A DNA stretch of 64,000 nucleotides, taken from Phyllobates terribilis (lineage: Eukaryota). Position numbers and translations under genes: made by a program. Where the stretch lies: assembly GCF_046119375.1 (NCBI RefSeq), contig NW_027362763.1, positions 807,984,001 through 808,048,000 on the forward strand, read 5' to 3'. Below the pieces are notes generated by a model that worked only from the letters and a program-made list of their open reading frames with translations, did not search any database and was not told where the DNA came from. Of the stretch, positions 1 through 11,603 are shown piece by piece (position 1 is the stretch's first letter; every line of letters starts with the position of its first letter).

Positions 1-1389
1 CTTGAAGAGACAGTATTCTGTGTCTACCCCTGTGTACAGCTGAGAAAGCCGCTTTATCACCCTAGTCACAACTACAGTGTCTAGTGCAGTCAATCACTGG
101 GCTTAGCTGTAATGTTACGGTAGACAGTCATGGGACTGCTGAGTGAGTAGCTACTGCTGGGACTTGTGGTTCCACTGTTGAGGAGTTAATAAGAGAACTG
201 TTGTCTGTTATTGTGGAGACATTATTGGTACCTGTGATTATACTGCTGAGAAGTTCATGAGAGAACTGTTACTGAAGGGATTTTGTTTTGGTTGTGAGTT
301 GTGATATTAAAATGCACCAACAATTCCTGTACATGTGCCAACATCCGCGGCAATTGGCCCCCATCATTGGAATGTTTTACTTGTACTGTTGCAGCCATTT
401 CTGGGTTAAGTGTCATTAGTTAGGAGTGTGTTTGCTGTTACTTAAAGGGAAAGTGCCATGCTTAACTGAGGGCAAGCATCATAGGTAGAAGTGGGGAACT
501 TATGTGTGATTCCCCCCGCCCTACCCCAGGGATTGTCCTGTGCTATCATAACACCTACACTGGCTGCCAAGCATACCCTTTACTTTCAAAGAGAATCTGT
601 CAGTAGGATCAACCTTCCTAAATTGTCTCTATGGGCATGTAGGTCATAGGAAGCTGAATAACATGATACCTTGCTATCTGTCATCCGATGTCTTATTCCA
701 GAGAAATCCATATTTGCTGATATGTAAATTACCTCTTCCAGGCTATGGGGAGGATGTTGCCTGGAAGATAACTATGCCTCCATACCTTATTATACATAAA
801 GGGCGAGTTACCAGTGTGAGATATGTAACTAACACATAACAGGAGAAATTAAATTTCTCTTCTTGCAAACATATATTTTGCAGCTCTCTGAGCTCTGCTG
901 TATTGCAACAATATTGCAACCCTGTCTGCCTGAGAGATGGAAGCTGAGACTGAGTGGAACCAGCGGATGTGTCAGTTAGGGTTCACTCACATTTGCGTGT
1001 AAGGATGTGACAGGAGACATCATACACCTCTCCCCCTAAAGACAACGTCTGCAAGGAGTATATTTAAATATGTTTGCCCAGCAACCGAGTGCTGGGGCAG
1101 ACAGAGTAAAGAGACAGTTAATGATTGGTCCATCCAAAAGCGGGAAGGGTTAGGGCCAGTAAAAGGCAAGCACTTCTTCATTTAGTCAGTTAGTAAGAGA
1201 GTTCGTTGGTCATAGTTGCTAGGGCGAGTTCAAAGTGCTGTGGCTGCTAGCAGAAGCAAGTACAAGTTATGCTGGGCGGTATGAGGCCATACCAAACTCC
1301 CCGTGGTTATTCCTACAACGTCCGGAGCTCAAGGCTCGAGGCTCCTCCTAAGCCCGTGGATATCCTTAGGCTTTTAGTAAAACAACCAG

Positions 1390-1501
1390 CTTTATCTGCA
1401 GAGACATAGCACCGCGATGGGGACTCGGGTAGCCCCAAGTTTTGCTAATTTATTTATGGGGCTATTCGAGTCCCAATCGCCCCTTTGCTCATCTGAGTAT
1501 A
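1390..1501 (+). pseudogene. PLE1 reverse transcriptase, 5' fragment
   Basis: Translates LYLQRHSTAMGTRVAPSFANLFMGLFE, the PLE-type GxAMG motif. Confidence 0.85.
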
Positions 1502-1877
1502 CAGTCATGGCCAAAAGTATTGAGAATGAGACAAATAGTAATTTTTCCAAAGTTTACTGCTTCATTTTTTGTAATGGCAATTTGCATATACTCCTGAATG
1601 TCAAAGAGTGATCAGCTTAACAGCAATTACTGTACTTGCAAAGTCAATATTTGCCCAGAAAATGAACTTTAACCCCCAAAACACATTTCAACATCATTGC
1701 AGTCCTGCCTTAAAAGGAGCAGCTAACATCGTTTTAGTGATTGATCCATTAACACAGGTGTGGGTGTTGATGAGGACAGGGCTGGCGATCAATCAGTCAT
1801 GATTAAGTAAGAATGACATCATTGGACACTTTAAAAGGAGGCTGGTTCTTGGTATCATTGTTTCTCTTCAGTTAACG

Positions 1878-2055
1878 ATGGTTATCTCTAAAGAAACACG
1901 TGCAGCCATCATTGCACTGCACAAAAATGGCCTAACAGGGAAGAGTATCGCAGCTACAAAGATTGCACCTCAGTCAACAATCTATCGCATCATCAAGAAC
2001 TTCAAGGAGAGAGCTTCCATTGTTGTCAACAAGGCTCCAGGGCGCCCAAGAAAGA
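1878..2055 (+). pseudogene. Tc1 transposase N-terminus (HTH, GRPR), interrupted by PLE2
   Basis: MVISKETRAAIIALHKNG...PGRPRK. The remainder of the predicted 1878-2102 ORF is read-through into PLE2. Confidence 0.9.
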
Positions 2056-2969
2056 ATCAAAATGCAGCAACGGGGATAATAGAAACAACTACACAAAAGT
2101 AGATATAGATACCAGCAGGTGTAGTTCTATAGAAACTTAAAACTTAACTTTTAATACCATTAGATAAAATATATGCCAAATGCAAGGACCTAAAAACACA
2201 CAGTTTGACTGCCTGTGGTATATAATAACCAAGAGAACTTCCATATATTGTTACTTCCAGAGATATAGATATATGTCATATAAGCATATTGCATCTCTAA
2301 CACAAACCAAGGAAGGAATGGCAAATAGGAAAAAAGATAATGAAGCCCACAGTACACTATATCAACTTATTGTACCCCAATATGTGGGAACATGAAGGCA
2401 TTCACCCTGAGATATGGGAACATGAAAACACTCGCCCCATCAATGGTGACCATTTAACTCTGCTATATAGAAATGGAACATCCTCACCAATTTTGATGAC
2501 TGTCCATGCTCTCGGATCTCAGAGGGGGCTCCATATGATGGTGGTGAACCAAAATTCATAAGGTCACCCACCAAATACCGCTCCCCAGATGCCGCTCCCG
2601 ATGCGTTTCTTAGCCTTAGCTATTCATCAGGGGAAAGAAAAAAGAGGACATGCGGTATGCACGCTGCCCAAAGTCGCGCAGCTCATTCACCAGACAGCGC
2701 TACTTCATGCTCTATTAGATCCTCTTTTGAATCCTAATCGCGCTCTGTTCATAATCGTGTCACTTCCGGTTCCGGTCACCTGACATCCGGTATGTGGAAC
2801 GCAGATGCCGGCCGTGACACGCAGACGTCACTTCCGGTATGCGCGTCATAGACAAGGAAAAATCGCACATAACGGAGCGATAGCTAGGGGACACGCAGGA
2901 TCACCAGCCGGCATCCTGCTTTGGATGTCACCATAAAAGGAGTCTCATCCATGAATATCCCAAGCCATG
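2056..2969. repeat. PLE2 3' pseudo-LTR, direct repeat of 6586-7499 (914 bp, near-identical)
   Basis: Constant 4530-bp offset; only isolated substitutions seen by eye. Confidence 0.95.
2595..2636 (-). ncRNA. Minimal type I hammerhead ribozyme, PLE2 copy 1 (stem III variant CGCAUC)
   Basis: Minus strand reads UUUCCC-CUGAUGA-A-UAGC-UAAG-GCUA-A-GAAA-CGCA-UC-GGGAG. Confidence 0.68.
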
Positions 2970-3457
2970 GAAAGTGTCCAGAACATATAATAACTGGCAC
3001 TTATCCTGGCAACATACCATATGTACCGCGGTATATATAAAACACGCGTTCATTTTACCCCAGTGGTTAGAAAGCTGAAAATGCTTCATAGGTCCAGAAT
3101 CGCACAGTGAAGCTACGGCCCAACCTCAGGAGCGCACTTTAAACCCAAAATAGTGATGAAAGAAAAATGACAAAAACAGAAACAAAAAAATATAAAAATA
3201 TATAAAAATAGGAAGGAGAGGGGTATGAAGGGATATGAGGGAACATAAGGGAAGAATGGAGAGGGACCCCACCTCATAGAGTTGGAGGGTTAGAGGAATG
3301 TATGTAGGGAGCCAGGGGACCTATAAACATCCCTATTCAGCACCTGAAGTAATATCCCTACCTGACAGTGGAGGTTGGCACCCTATAAACCTGCGCAAAT
3401 GGCGCCCCCACTCCTCGACGGCTGTCCCTACACTCCTCTCCCTAATTCACCCTATAT

Positions 3458-5800
3458 CTATAGGAACGGCCTGTAAGACAGCTGCTCATTGAGGCCGTAG
3501 GGAGCCGTTGTCCGCATTCTGAAGATCCACTTCGTCTCTCTTTGCAGGATCAGTTTGTCCCAGTCGCCCCCTCTTGGTGGGGCCGTAACTTTGTCAATTC
3601 CCATGTAGCGTATTATATCCCTACTGTTCGGATGTACGTTATTCACGTGTTTTGCCAGGGGGGTATCTCTTTTCAGGGCGATATCTCTTTGGTGCTCTCC
3701 TACTCTTCTTCTCAATTCTCTCTTTGTCTTCCCTATATATTCCATTCCGCAGACACATTTAGCCATATAGATAATTCCCTTCGATCTACAATTAATGAAA
3801 TGTTTGACAACAAATGTTTTTCCGGTGACATTACTTATGAAGTCTTTCCCTTGCGTAATAACTTTACATGATACGCATCCACTACATCTAAAACAGCCAG
3901 TTATGGAGCTTTTCAGCTTTTTGTTCCCCATATGGCCCATATAGTGACTGTGGACCAATCTGTCCCTAAGGGATCTGCCCTTTTTATATGTAATCATAGG
4001 TCTTGAGTCGACCATGTCACCAATATCCTCGTCCATTAATAGAATCGGCCAATGTTTTTGTAATATCCTACGGACTGTATACGACTGATTAGTGAAAGTA
4101 GTGATGAGTCTGCAGAAGGTGTTGTCCTTATCCACATTTGGGGATGGGTGTAAAAAGGAGGAGCGGTCCCTGGCCAGAGTCACCCCATAGGCCTCAGCTA
4201 TCACCTTCTTTGGGTAACCCCTCTCATGAAATCTCTGACAGAGATCGGTGGCCTGGGCTCTAAAAGTGGCATCGTCCGAGCAGTTCCTCCGGACCCTCAT
4301 GAATTGCCCCTTTGGTATGCCCCTCTTAAGTGGGGCTGGATGGTTACTTTCCCACCTGAGGAGAGAATTCGAGGCAGTTTTTTTCCTATATGTACTGGTC
4401 TCTATCTCCCCATCCTTTCCTATCCGTATCAAGATGTCCAGAAAGGGCAACTCCTGGGGGCCAAACTCAAAAGTGAAGTGTAGGTTAAGGTCATTATGAT
4501 TAAGCCTTTCTACAAGGTTTCCAAAGGATGTTTTGTCCCCATTCCACAGAACTAGGACGTCGTCGATATATCGAACCCATAGCAAAATATTTTCACCACC
4601 TTCAATAGGGATGTCTCCAAAAACCACGGTTTCCTCCCACCAACCCAGGTATAAATTGGCATACGATGGGGCGCATGGGCTCCCCATCGCAGTACCCCTG
4701 AGCTGGTGGAAGTACTTCCCACCGAAGAGAAATACATTTTTTGTCAGGCAAAACTGAAGGGCCTTCATCACAAAGTGATTGTGTCGCTCAAATTGTTTGC
4801 CTCTCCCCATAAGGAAAAAACGTTTCGCCTCCAGACCCCTATCATGGGGAATTGAGGAGTATAATGACTCCACATCAATGCTAGCCAAAGTCACGTCTTT
4901 GTCAACTGTCATACCTTCTAGTTTTCGAAGCAGGTCATTGGTGTCACCGACAAATGAGTTCAAGCTTACAACAAAGGGTTTAAGTACCTTCTCCAAATAT
5001 ATTCCCAAATTTTGCGTTAGGTTGTTAATTCCCGATATTATGGGTCGTCCTTTCAGCGGATTCAGGCCCTTATGTACCTTTGGGAGACTATAGAAGGTAG
5101 ACATAACTGGATGGATTGGACAGATAAAGTCTCTCTCCTGTTTATTTAGGGTACCATCCCTCATGGCCTCATTTGCCAGTTCCTCCAACTCTTGGGAGAA
5201 TCTTTTCGTGGGATCCGCCTTTAATGTGCTATAACACTCCTTAACGTTGAGTATAGCACTGCACATCAGGTAGTACTCACTGGTATCCATGATCACCACG
5301 TTACCCCCTTTATCTGAAGGTTTTATGGTGATATGTTCATCATTTTCTAGTGACCTCAATGCCTGCATCTCGCAACGAGTGAAATTGTGTCTAAAGCGTC
5401 TGGAATCATTTTCCAGGTCCCTCAAATCTTTAGTCACCATGTTCAAAAATACATCAATAGGGCTCAAATCACTCTGTGGAGGTGGCATTTTGGTACTTTT
5501 CAGTTTCAAATTGGTGAATGGGCCATTCCCCTCAAGGTTAGGATCCACATCACCGAGGTGAAAAAGGGTTCTAATATCAGGTAGAAGTTCTTCACGAACC
5601 CCCAGATCCGCGCATGCCTGTTTATCAATCTTAATATAGTGCTTGCGCCACTTCAACTTGCGCACAAATAAATTTACGTCTTTTATGATCTCAAAAGAAT
5701 TGTAGTCTGTTGTCGGTACAAAAGTCAGACCCCTATTCAAAACCTCCAGTTCTACAGAGGTGAGGCTTCTCGATGATAAGTTTATGATTTGGGGATTCAT
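3458..5800 (-). CDS. PLE2 reverse transcriptase + Cys-rich linker + GIY-YIG endonuclease (780 aa, intact)
   Basis: Motifs IKPSDKGGNVV, GRPIIS, DVESLYSSI, GTAMGSPCAPSYANL, RYIDD, CFRCSGCVSC, GIIY..C.CGMEYIG..R...EH, GLNE. Confidence 0.96.
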   Translation of the reverse strand: MNPQIINLSSRSLTSVELEVLNRGLTFVPTTDYNSFEIIKDVNLFVRKLKWRKHYIKIDKQACADLGVREELLPDIRTLFHLGDVDPNLEGNGPFTNLKLKSTKMPPPQSDLSPIDVFLNMVTKDLRDLENDSRRFRHNFTRCEMQALRSLENDEHITIKPSDKGGNVVIMDTSEYYLMCSAILNVKECYSTLKADPTKRFSQELEELANEAMRDGTLNKQERDFICPIHPVMSTFYSLPKVHKGLNPLKGRPIISGINNLTQNLGIYLEKVLKPFVVSLNSFVGDTNDLLRKLEGMTVDKDVTLASIDVESLYSSIPHDRGLEAKRFFLMGRGKQFERHNHFVMKALQFCLTKNVFLFGGKYFHQLRGTAMGSPCAPSYANLYLGWWEETVVFGDIPIEGGENILLWVRYIDDVLVLWNGDKTSFGNLVERLNHNDLNLHFTFEFGPQELPFLDILIRIGKDGEIETSTYRKKTASNSLLRWESNHPAPLKRGIPKGQFMRVRRNCSDDATFRAQATDLCQRFHERGYPKKVIAEAYGVTLARDRSSFLHPSPNVDKDNTFCRLITTFTNQSYTVRRILQKHWPILLMDEDIGDMVDSRPMITYKKGRSLRDRLVHSHYMGHMGNKKLKSSITGCFRCSGCVSCKVITQGKDFISNVTGKTFVVKHFINCRSKGIIYMAKCVCGMEYIGKTKRELRRRVGEHQRDIALKRDTPLAKHVNNVHPNSRDIIRYMGIDKVTAPPRGGDWDKLILQRETKWIFRMRTTAPYGLNEQLSYRPFL

Positions 5801-6567
5801 AATGTCGGTGTGGGGGTACTCAGATTGAGGCGATTGCGTAATGGATAACCCTCCTCTAAAAAAAGCCCAGAGGGGGATCTCCTATTACTAATGTTTCTGC
5901 CACGAATCCTACCGCCACCTCTTCCCCTCTGTCTACCACAATATGGTTTGGGTCTGACCTCTGACTCTGAAAAGTCAGTGTCAGTGGACGAAATATCTGT
6001 ATCCGGGTATCTTGGGCTCCTGTTAGAGAGGAAATTATAAGCCTTATTTTCCTTGAACTCTTGTAGATCTTTAATGAAAAATTTGTGCTTCCGTTCCTTC
6101 AGATGATATTGAAATCTTTCTATTGTGTTCTGAAGTAACGTTTCCTTAGCGTTAAATTCAGGTTCCAAGGAAAATTTTTTTGTTAATTCCACTTGTGTTC
6201 TCAATGATTCATTCAAAGCGGCTAATGTAATCCTCTCCTCATCTAGGAGCAATTTCATGAATCGTAAAGAACTCGCGGTCGCCTCTTTTTCCCAGAGGCC
6301 CAATAGGGTCTGACTCCTGTACCGAAAAGAAGGGAACAGAGTGATCCGGAGGTTCCTTGGGACGATGCCTGCCCTTAAGTAATTCTCAAGTGTTTGTACC
6401 TCCCACCAAGATGTGATCTGCTGTTTGTAGATTTTTGTTAATTCTCTAAAAGCGGCCGAAAAAGTGGGGGTGTATTTTTTTTGGGCAAAAGTGCGCTCAG
6501 AAAAGACCTCTTTGGCCTCAGTAGCCCACTGGCTGGTGTCTATTCCCACTGACAGAAAACCAGCCAT
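5797..6567 (-). CDS. PLE2 upstream ORF (256 aa; helical N-terminal domain, RG-rich basic tail)
   Basis: Lies between the pseudo-LTR and the RT ORF. Contains a WWE..L..Y....IVPR.LR segment and an RGRGGGRIRGR tail. Its TGA overlaps the RT ORF ATG (ATGA). Confidence 0.8.
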   Translation of the reverse strand: MAGFLSVGIDTSQWATEAKEVFSERTFAQKKYTPTFSAAFRELTKIYKQQITSWWEVQTLENYLRAGIVPRNLRITLFPSFRYRSQTLLGLWEKEATASSLRFMKLLLDEERITLAALNESLRTQVELTKKFSLEPEFNAKETLLQNTIERFQYHLKERKHKFFIKDLQEFKENKAYNFLSNRSPRYPDTDISSTDTDFSESEVRPKPYCGRQRGRGGGRIRGRNISNRRSPSGLFLEEGYPLRNRLNLSTPTPTL

Positions 6568-6585
6568 ACCACTTATATTTCAAGT

Positions 6586-7499
6586 ATCAAAATGCAGCAA
6601 CGGGGATAATAGAAACAACTACACAAAAGTAGATATAGATACCAGCAGGTGTAGTTCTATAGAAACTTAAAACTTAACTTTTAATACCATTAGATAAAAT
6701 ATATGCCAAATGCAAGGACCTAAAAACACACAGTTTGACTGCCTGTGGTATATAATAACCAAGAGAACTTCCATATATTGTTACTTCCAGAGATATAGAT
6801 ATATGTCATATAAGCATATTGCATCTCTAACACAAACCAAGGAAGGAATGGCAAATAGGAAAAAAGATAATGAAGCCCACAGTACACTATATCAACTTAT
6901 TGTACCCCAATATGTGGGAACATGAAGGCATTCACCCTGAGATATGGGAACATGAAAACACTCGCCCCATCAATGGTGACCATTTAACTCTGCTATATAG
7001 AAATGGAACATCCTCACCAATTTTGATGACTGTCCATGCTCTCGGATCTCAGAGGGGGCTCCATATGATGGTGGTGAACCAAAATTCATAAGGTCACCCA
7101 CCAAATACCGCTCCCCAGATGCCGCTCCCGACGCGTTTCTTAGCCTTAGCTATTCATCAGGGGAAAGAAAAAAGAGGACATGCGGTATGCACGCTGCCCA
7201 AAGTCGCGCAGCTCATTCACCAGACAGCGCTACTTCATGCTCTATTAGATCCTCTTTTGAATCCTAATCGCGCTCTGTTCATAATCGTGTCACTTCCGGT
7301 TCCGGTCACCTGACATCCGGTATGTGGAACGCAGATGCCGGCCGTGACACGCAGACGTCACTTCCGGTATGCGCGTCATAGACAAGGAAAAATCGCACAT
7401 AACGGAGCGATAGCTAGGGGACACGCAGGATCACCAGCTGGCATCCTGCTTTGGATGTCACCATAAAAGGAGTCTCATCCATGAATATCCCAAGCCATG
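6586..7499. repeat. PLE2 5' pseudo-LTR (direct copy)
   Basis: Matches 2056-2969. Confidence 0.95.
7125..7166 (-). ncRNA. Minimal type I hammerhead ribozyme, PLE2 copy 2
   Basis: CUGAUGA core, stem II UAGC/GCUA, GAAA, palindromic ACGCGU stem III, GUC triplet, stem I UUCCC/GGGAG. Confidence 0.75.
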
Positions 7500-7524
7500 A
7501 AACAAAAACAGAAACAAAAAAATA

Positions 7525-8714
7525 GTCCCCTGGCTCCCTACATACATTCCTCTAACTCTCCAACTCTATGAGGTGCGGTCCCTCTCCATTCTTCCCTTAT
7601 GTTCCCTCATATCCCTTCATACCCCTCTCCTTCCTATTTTTATATATTTTTTTGTTTCTGTTTTTGTCATTTTTCTTTCATCACTATTTTGGGTTTAAAG
7701 TGCGCTACTGAGGTTGGGCCGTAGCTTCACTGTGCGATTCTGGACCTATGAAGCATTTCCAGCTTTCTAACCACTGGGGTAAAATGAACGCGTGTTTTAT
7801 ATATACCGCGGTACATATGGTATGTTGCCAGGATAAGTGCCAGTTATTATATGTTCTGGACACTTTCCATGGCTTGGGATATTCATGGATGAGACTCCTT
7901 TTATGGTGACATCCAAAGCAGGATGCCGGCTGGTGATCCTGCGTGTCCCCTAGCTATCGCTCCGTTATGTGCGATTTTTCCTTGTCTATGACGCGCATAC
8001 CGGAAGTGACGTCTGCGTGTCACGGCCGGCATCTGCGTTCCACATACCGGATGTCAGGTGACCGGAACCGGAAGTGACACGATTATGAACAGAGCGCGAT
8101 TAGGATTCAAAAGAGGATCTAATAGAGCATGAAGTAGCGCTGTCTGGTGAATGAGCTGCGCGACTTTGGGCAGCGTGCATACCGCATGTCCTCTTTTTTC
8201 TTTCCCCTGATGAATAGCTAAGGCTAAGAAACGCGTCGGGAGCGGCATCTGGGGAGCGGTATTTGGTGGGTGACCTTATGAATTTTGGTTCACCACCATC
8301 ATATGGAGCCCCCTCTGAGATCCGAGAGCATGGACAGTCATCAAAATTGGTGAGGATGTTCCATTTCTATATAGCAGAGTTAAATGGTCACCATTGATGG
8401 GGCGAGTGTTTTCATGTTCCCATATCTCAGGGTGAATGCCTTCATGTTCCCACATATTGGGGTACAATAAGTTGATATAGTGTACTGTGGGCTTCATTAT
8501 CTTTTTTCCTATTTGCCATTCCTTCCTTGGTTTGTGTTAGAGATGCAATATGCTTATATGACATATATCTATATCTCTGGAAGTAACAATATATGGAAGT
8601 TCTCTTGGTTATTATATACCACAGGCAGTCAAACTGTGTGTTTTTAGGTCCTTGCATTTGGCATATATTTTATCTAATGGTATTAAAAGTTAAGTTTTAA
8701 GTTTCTATAGAACT
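7525..8714. repeat. PLE2 inverted pseudo-LTR (reverse complement of ~2123-3320)
   Basis: 7868-8714 pairs with 6653-7499, giving 847-bp inverted arms around a ~368-bp spacer. Confidence 0.95.
8202..8242 (+). ncRNA. Minimal type I hammerhead ribozyme, PLE2 copy 3 (in the inverted repeat)
   Basis: TTCCC CTGATGA ATAGCTAAGGCTAA GAAA CGCG TC GGGAG; predicted cleavage after C8237. Confidence 0.75.
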
Positions 8715-8728
8715 GCGCCCAAGAAAGA

Positions 8729-9564
8729 CCAGCAAGTGCCAGGACCGTATCTTAAAACTGTTTCAGCTGCGGGATCGGACTACCAGCAGTGCCGAGCTTG
8801 CTCAGGAATGGCAGCAGGCTGGTGTGAGTGCTTCAGCACGCACTGTGAGGCGGAGACTCTTTGAGCAAGGGCTGGTTTCTAGGAGGGCAGCAAAGAAGCC
8901 ACTTCTCTCCAGAAAAAACATCAGGGACCGACTGATATTCTGCAAAAGGTACAGGGAGTGGACTGCTGAGGACTGGGGCAAAGTCATTTTCTCTGATGAA
9001 TCCCCTTTTCGATTGTTTGGGACATCTGGAAAACAGCTTATTCGGAGAAGAGGTGAGCGCTACCACCAGTCTTGTCTCATGCCAACTGTAAAGCATCCTG
9101 AAACCATTCATGTGTGGGGTTGCTTCTCAGCCAAGGGAATCGGCTCACTCACAGTCTTGCCTAAAAGCACAGCCATGAATAAAGAATGGTACCAGAATGT
9201 CCTCCAAGAGCAACTTCTCCCAACCGTCCAAGAGCAGTTTGGCGCCCAACAATGCCTTTTCCAGCATGATGGACCACCTTGCCATAAAGCAAAGGTGATA
9301 ACTAAATGGCTCATGGAACAAAACATAGAGATTTTGTGTCCATGGCCTGGAAACTCCCCAGATCTTAATCCCATTGAGAACTTGTGGTCAATCATCAAGA
9401 GACGGGTGGACAAACAAAAACCAACAAATTCTGGCAAAATGCAAGCATTGATTATGCAAGAATGGACTGCTATCAGTCAGGATTTGGTCCAAAAGTTGAT
9501 TGAGAGCAAGTCAGGGAGAATTACAGAGGTCTTGAAAAAGAAGGGGCAACACTGCAAATATTGA
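8729..9564 (+). pseudogene. Tc1 transposase C-terminal part (DD35E)
   Basis: FSDES, HVWGCFS, QHDG, WPGNSPDLNPIENLW. Joins 1878-2055 in frame to give ~337 aa. Confidence 0.95.
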
Positions 9565-9743
9565 CTTGCTGCATTAACTCATTCTAACTGTCAATATAAC
9601 CTATTGGTACTCATAATATGATTGCAATTATATTTCTGTATGTGATATAAACATCAGACAAACACTAATAAAAACCAGAGGCCAGCAGATCATGTGAAAA
9701 TATAATTTTGGTGTCATTCTCAAAACTTTTGACCATGACTGTA

Positions 9744-10975
9744 CAGATAGGATTGTACTCTACAAACGATATATTGATGATCTGTTTGTCGTGTGGAAAG
9801 GGGGGTTTAGAGAGGCAGAAACGCTAGTAAAAGAACTCAATAGTAATAACTGGGGAATTTCTTTTGTGGCTAACATTGAAAAGGAAAGAGCCATTTTCCT
9901 AGATTTGGAAATTACACATGAAAATAAAAAAATTATTGCCAAAACACATTTAAAAAAAGTGGATGTTAATGGGTATCTTGATTATCAAAGTGCCCATTAC
10001 CTCAAATGGAAGAACAATATTCCATTCAGTCAATTTTTTCGTATTAGAAAAAATAATACTAAAAAATCTGATTATGTTCTGCAATCTCAAATACTAAAGA
10101 AAATGTTTTCAGAAAAAAAGTATCCGAAGCATTTAATAAATGAGGCATATCAGATAAATCTGAAAAAAACTCAAGATGATTGTCTATTAATGAAAACACA
10201 GGAAAATGAAGCTAGAGCAAATAGGAACGACAAATCAGTAATTAATGCACATTCAGGTAAAAATACGATGGAGGGTAACAAAAAATGGCATCAAAATTGT
10301 ATTACTTCATTTAATAAAGATAATGTATGGATTAGAGAGGTTTTACAAAGACATTGGCATATTTTATTACAGGACCCCCTCCTACGTGATACTCTGCCGA
10401 ATAGACCAGGTATCACATTTAGAAGAGGAAAAACGCTGAGAAATATCATCGCACCAAGTCGCTTGAAAAGACAATACACAAAAGAACAGACAAATATTTT
10501 CAAAAACAATATTATAGGATATGTTCCGAGTAAACAAAATGGCACCTTTAAGTGTTTACAAAAAAAATGCCAGTGTTGTCAATCCATTACACATGGGCAC
10601 CAATTTATAAAATCAAATAGTACAGGTGAGATCTTTCCTATTCAAAGTCATCTTTCATGTACCAGCAGCTACGTTATTTATGTGATCACGTGTGAATGTG
10701 GGCTTCAGTATGTCGGTCGGACAACACAGATGGTCAGATCACGCTTGAACGCACACAGACATAATGCCAAGTTCGGACTCCTAACGCATAGTCTATCAAG
10801 ACATCTCTTAGCAACTCATGATAAGAAATTTGTAGTGAAAATAACACCAGTGGAGGAGATTCCTTCAGATAAACCTGATAGAATCCATCAATTGAATAGG
10901 AAAGAGGCCTTCTGGATATATAGGCTACGCTGTCTATATCCAGACAGCCCCAATGATAAAATCAAAAACGTGTGA
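9744..10975 (+). pseudogene. PLE1 RT C-terminus, thumb, Cys linker and GIY-YIG endonuclease
   Basis: RYIDDLFVVW, IFLDLEI, CLQKKCQCC, VIYVITCECGLQYVGRT..R...H, E.FWIYRL. Open to the stop at 10975. Confidence 0.92.
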
Positions 10976-11409
10976 AAGTTGTTCTTTACTTTTTTTATTT
11001 TTATTTTTTTATTTTTTTTTAATTTATTTATTTTTTATTTTTTTTATTTTTTTATTTTTTATATATTTTTATGAATATACTATGCATTCGATGGTGATTC
11101 TAATGCTACATACTGAGAACCAATTGGATATTGAAATATTAGAGATACCTATATAAGCTTCCTAAAGAAAAGAAAGGAAAGATAGGGAGGGAGAATAATG
11201 GAATAATAAAAAGAAAATAAATTTTATAGATAATGTATGATAACTTGAAAATAAATTTTTTTTTGAACCTGCACATATATATGTATAGAAAAACAGCTGA
11301 CACTATTAACTGAAACAATACTCGGTATCTATATGGTTAATCTAATCCAATTAACACAACCAGGTGCAATTGTGAAGACTATATAACTCTCATATACTCT
11401 AAGATATGT

Positions 11410-11463
11410 TCATACCTGAAGAAGGCTATGTGTTTTTTATTTTATAGCCGAAATGCGTTGTTT
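11410..11463 (+). ncRNA. Degenerate minimal hammerhead ribozyme in the PLE1 3' region
   Basis: CTGAAGA-A-GGCTAT...ATAGCC-GAAA-TGCGTT. Stem III is one transition away from ACGCGT; stem I is weak. Confidence 0.6.
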
Positions 11464-11603
11464 TATTGTTTTAATATATACTATATCGAGAAAACAGAGT
11501 GAAATAAATCTTTTGAAGATAAAGAGTTAATTTTCCAATCCTTGCAAGTCTGGGAGCGCTAATCTTATCGGGTATTTCATTCTGAATCCTATCCTACGGA
11601 TCC

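Larger units (their letters stand above)
2056..8714 (-). mobile_element. Penelope-like retroelement PLE2 (Neptune-type), full-length, with direct and inverted pseudo-LTRs
   Basis: 14-bp TSD GCGCCCAAGAAAGA at 2042-2055 and 8715-8728. Intact RT-GIY-YIG ORF plus an upstream ORF. 2056-2969 is repeated at 6586-7499, with an inverted copy at 7525-8714. Confidence 0.95.
1502..9741 (+). mobile_element. Tc1/mariner transposon, DD35E (Traveler-like), ~1567 bp once the nested PLE2 is removed
   Basis: TIRs CAGTCATGGCCAAAAGTATTGAGAATGA (1502) and TCATTCTCAAAACTTTTGACCATGACTG (ends 9741). TA TSD at 1500-1501 and 9742-9743. 35 residues lie between the catalytic D (QHD) and E (NPIE). Confidence 0.93.

Noticed and set aside
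1-1380. Possible LTR tail (1-560) and a Kolobok/T2-like start AAAGAGAATCTGTCAG (~588)
   Set aside because: No partner terminus, TSD or coding motif found; left unannotated.
2180-2783. Short ORFs repeated three times (also 6710-7313 and 8054-8657)
   Set aside because: They recur only because the pseudo-LTR is triplicated; no protein motifs.
7741-7800. Second HHR-like motif in the PLE2 repeat (CCTATGAAG...GAACGCGT)
   Set aside because: Core lacks CUGA and GAAA; at best a dead relic.
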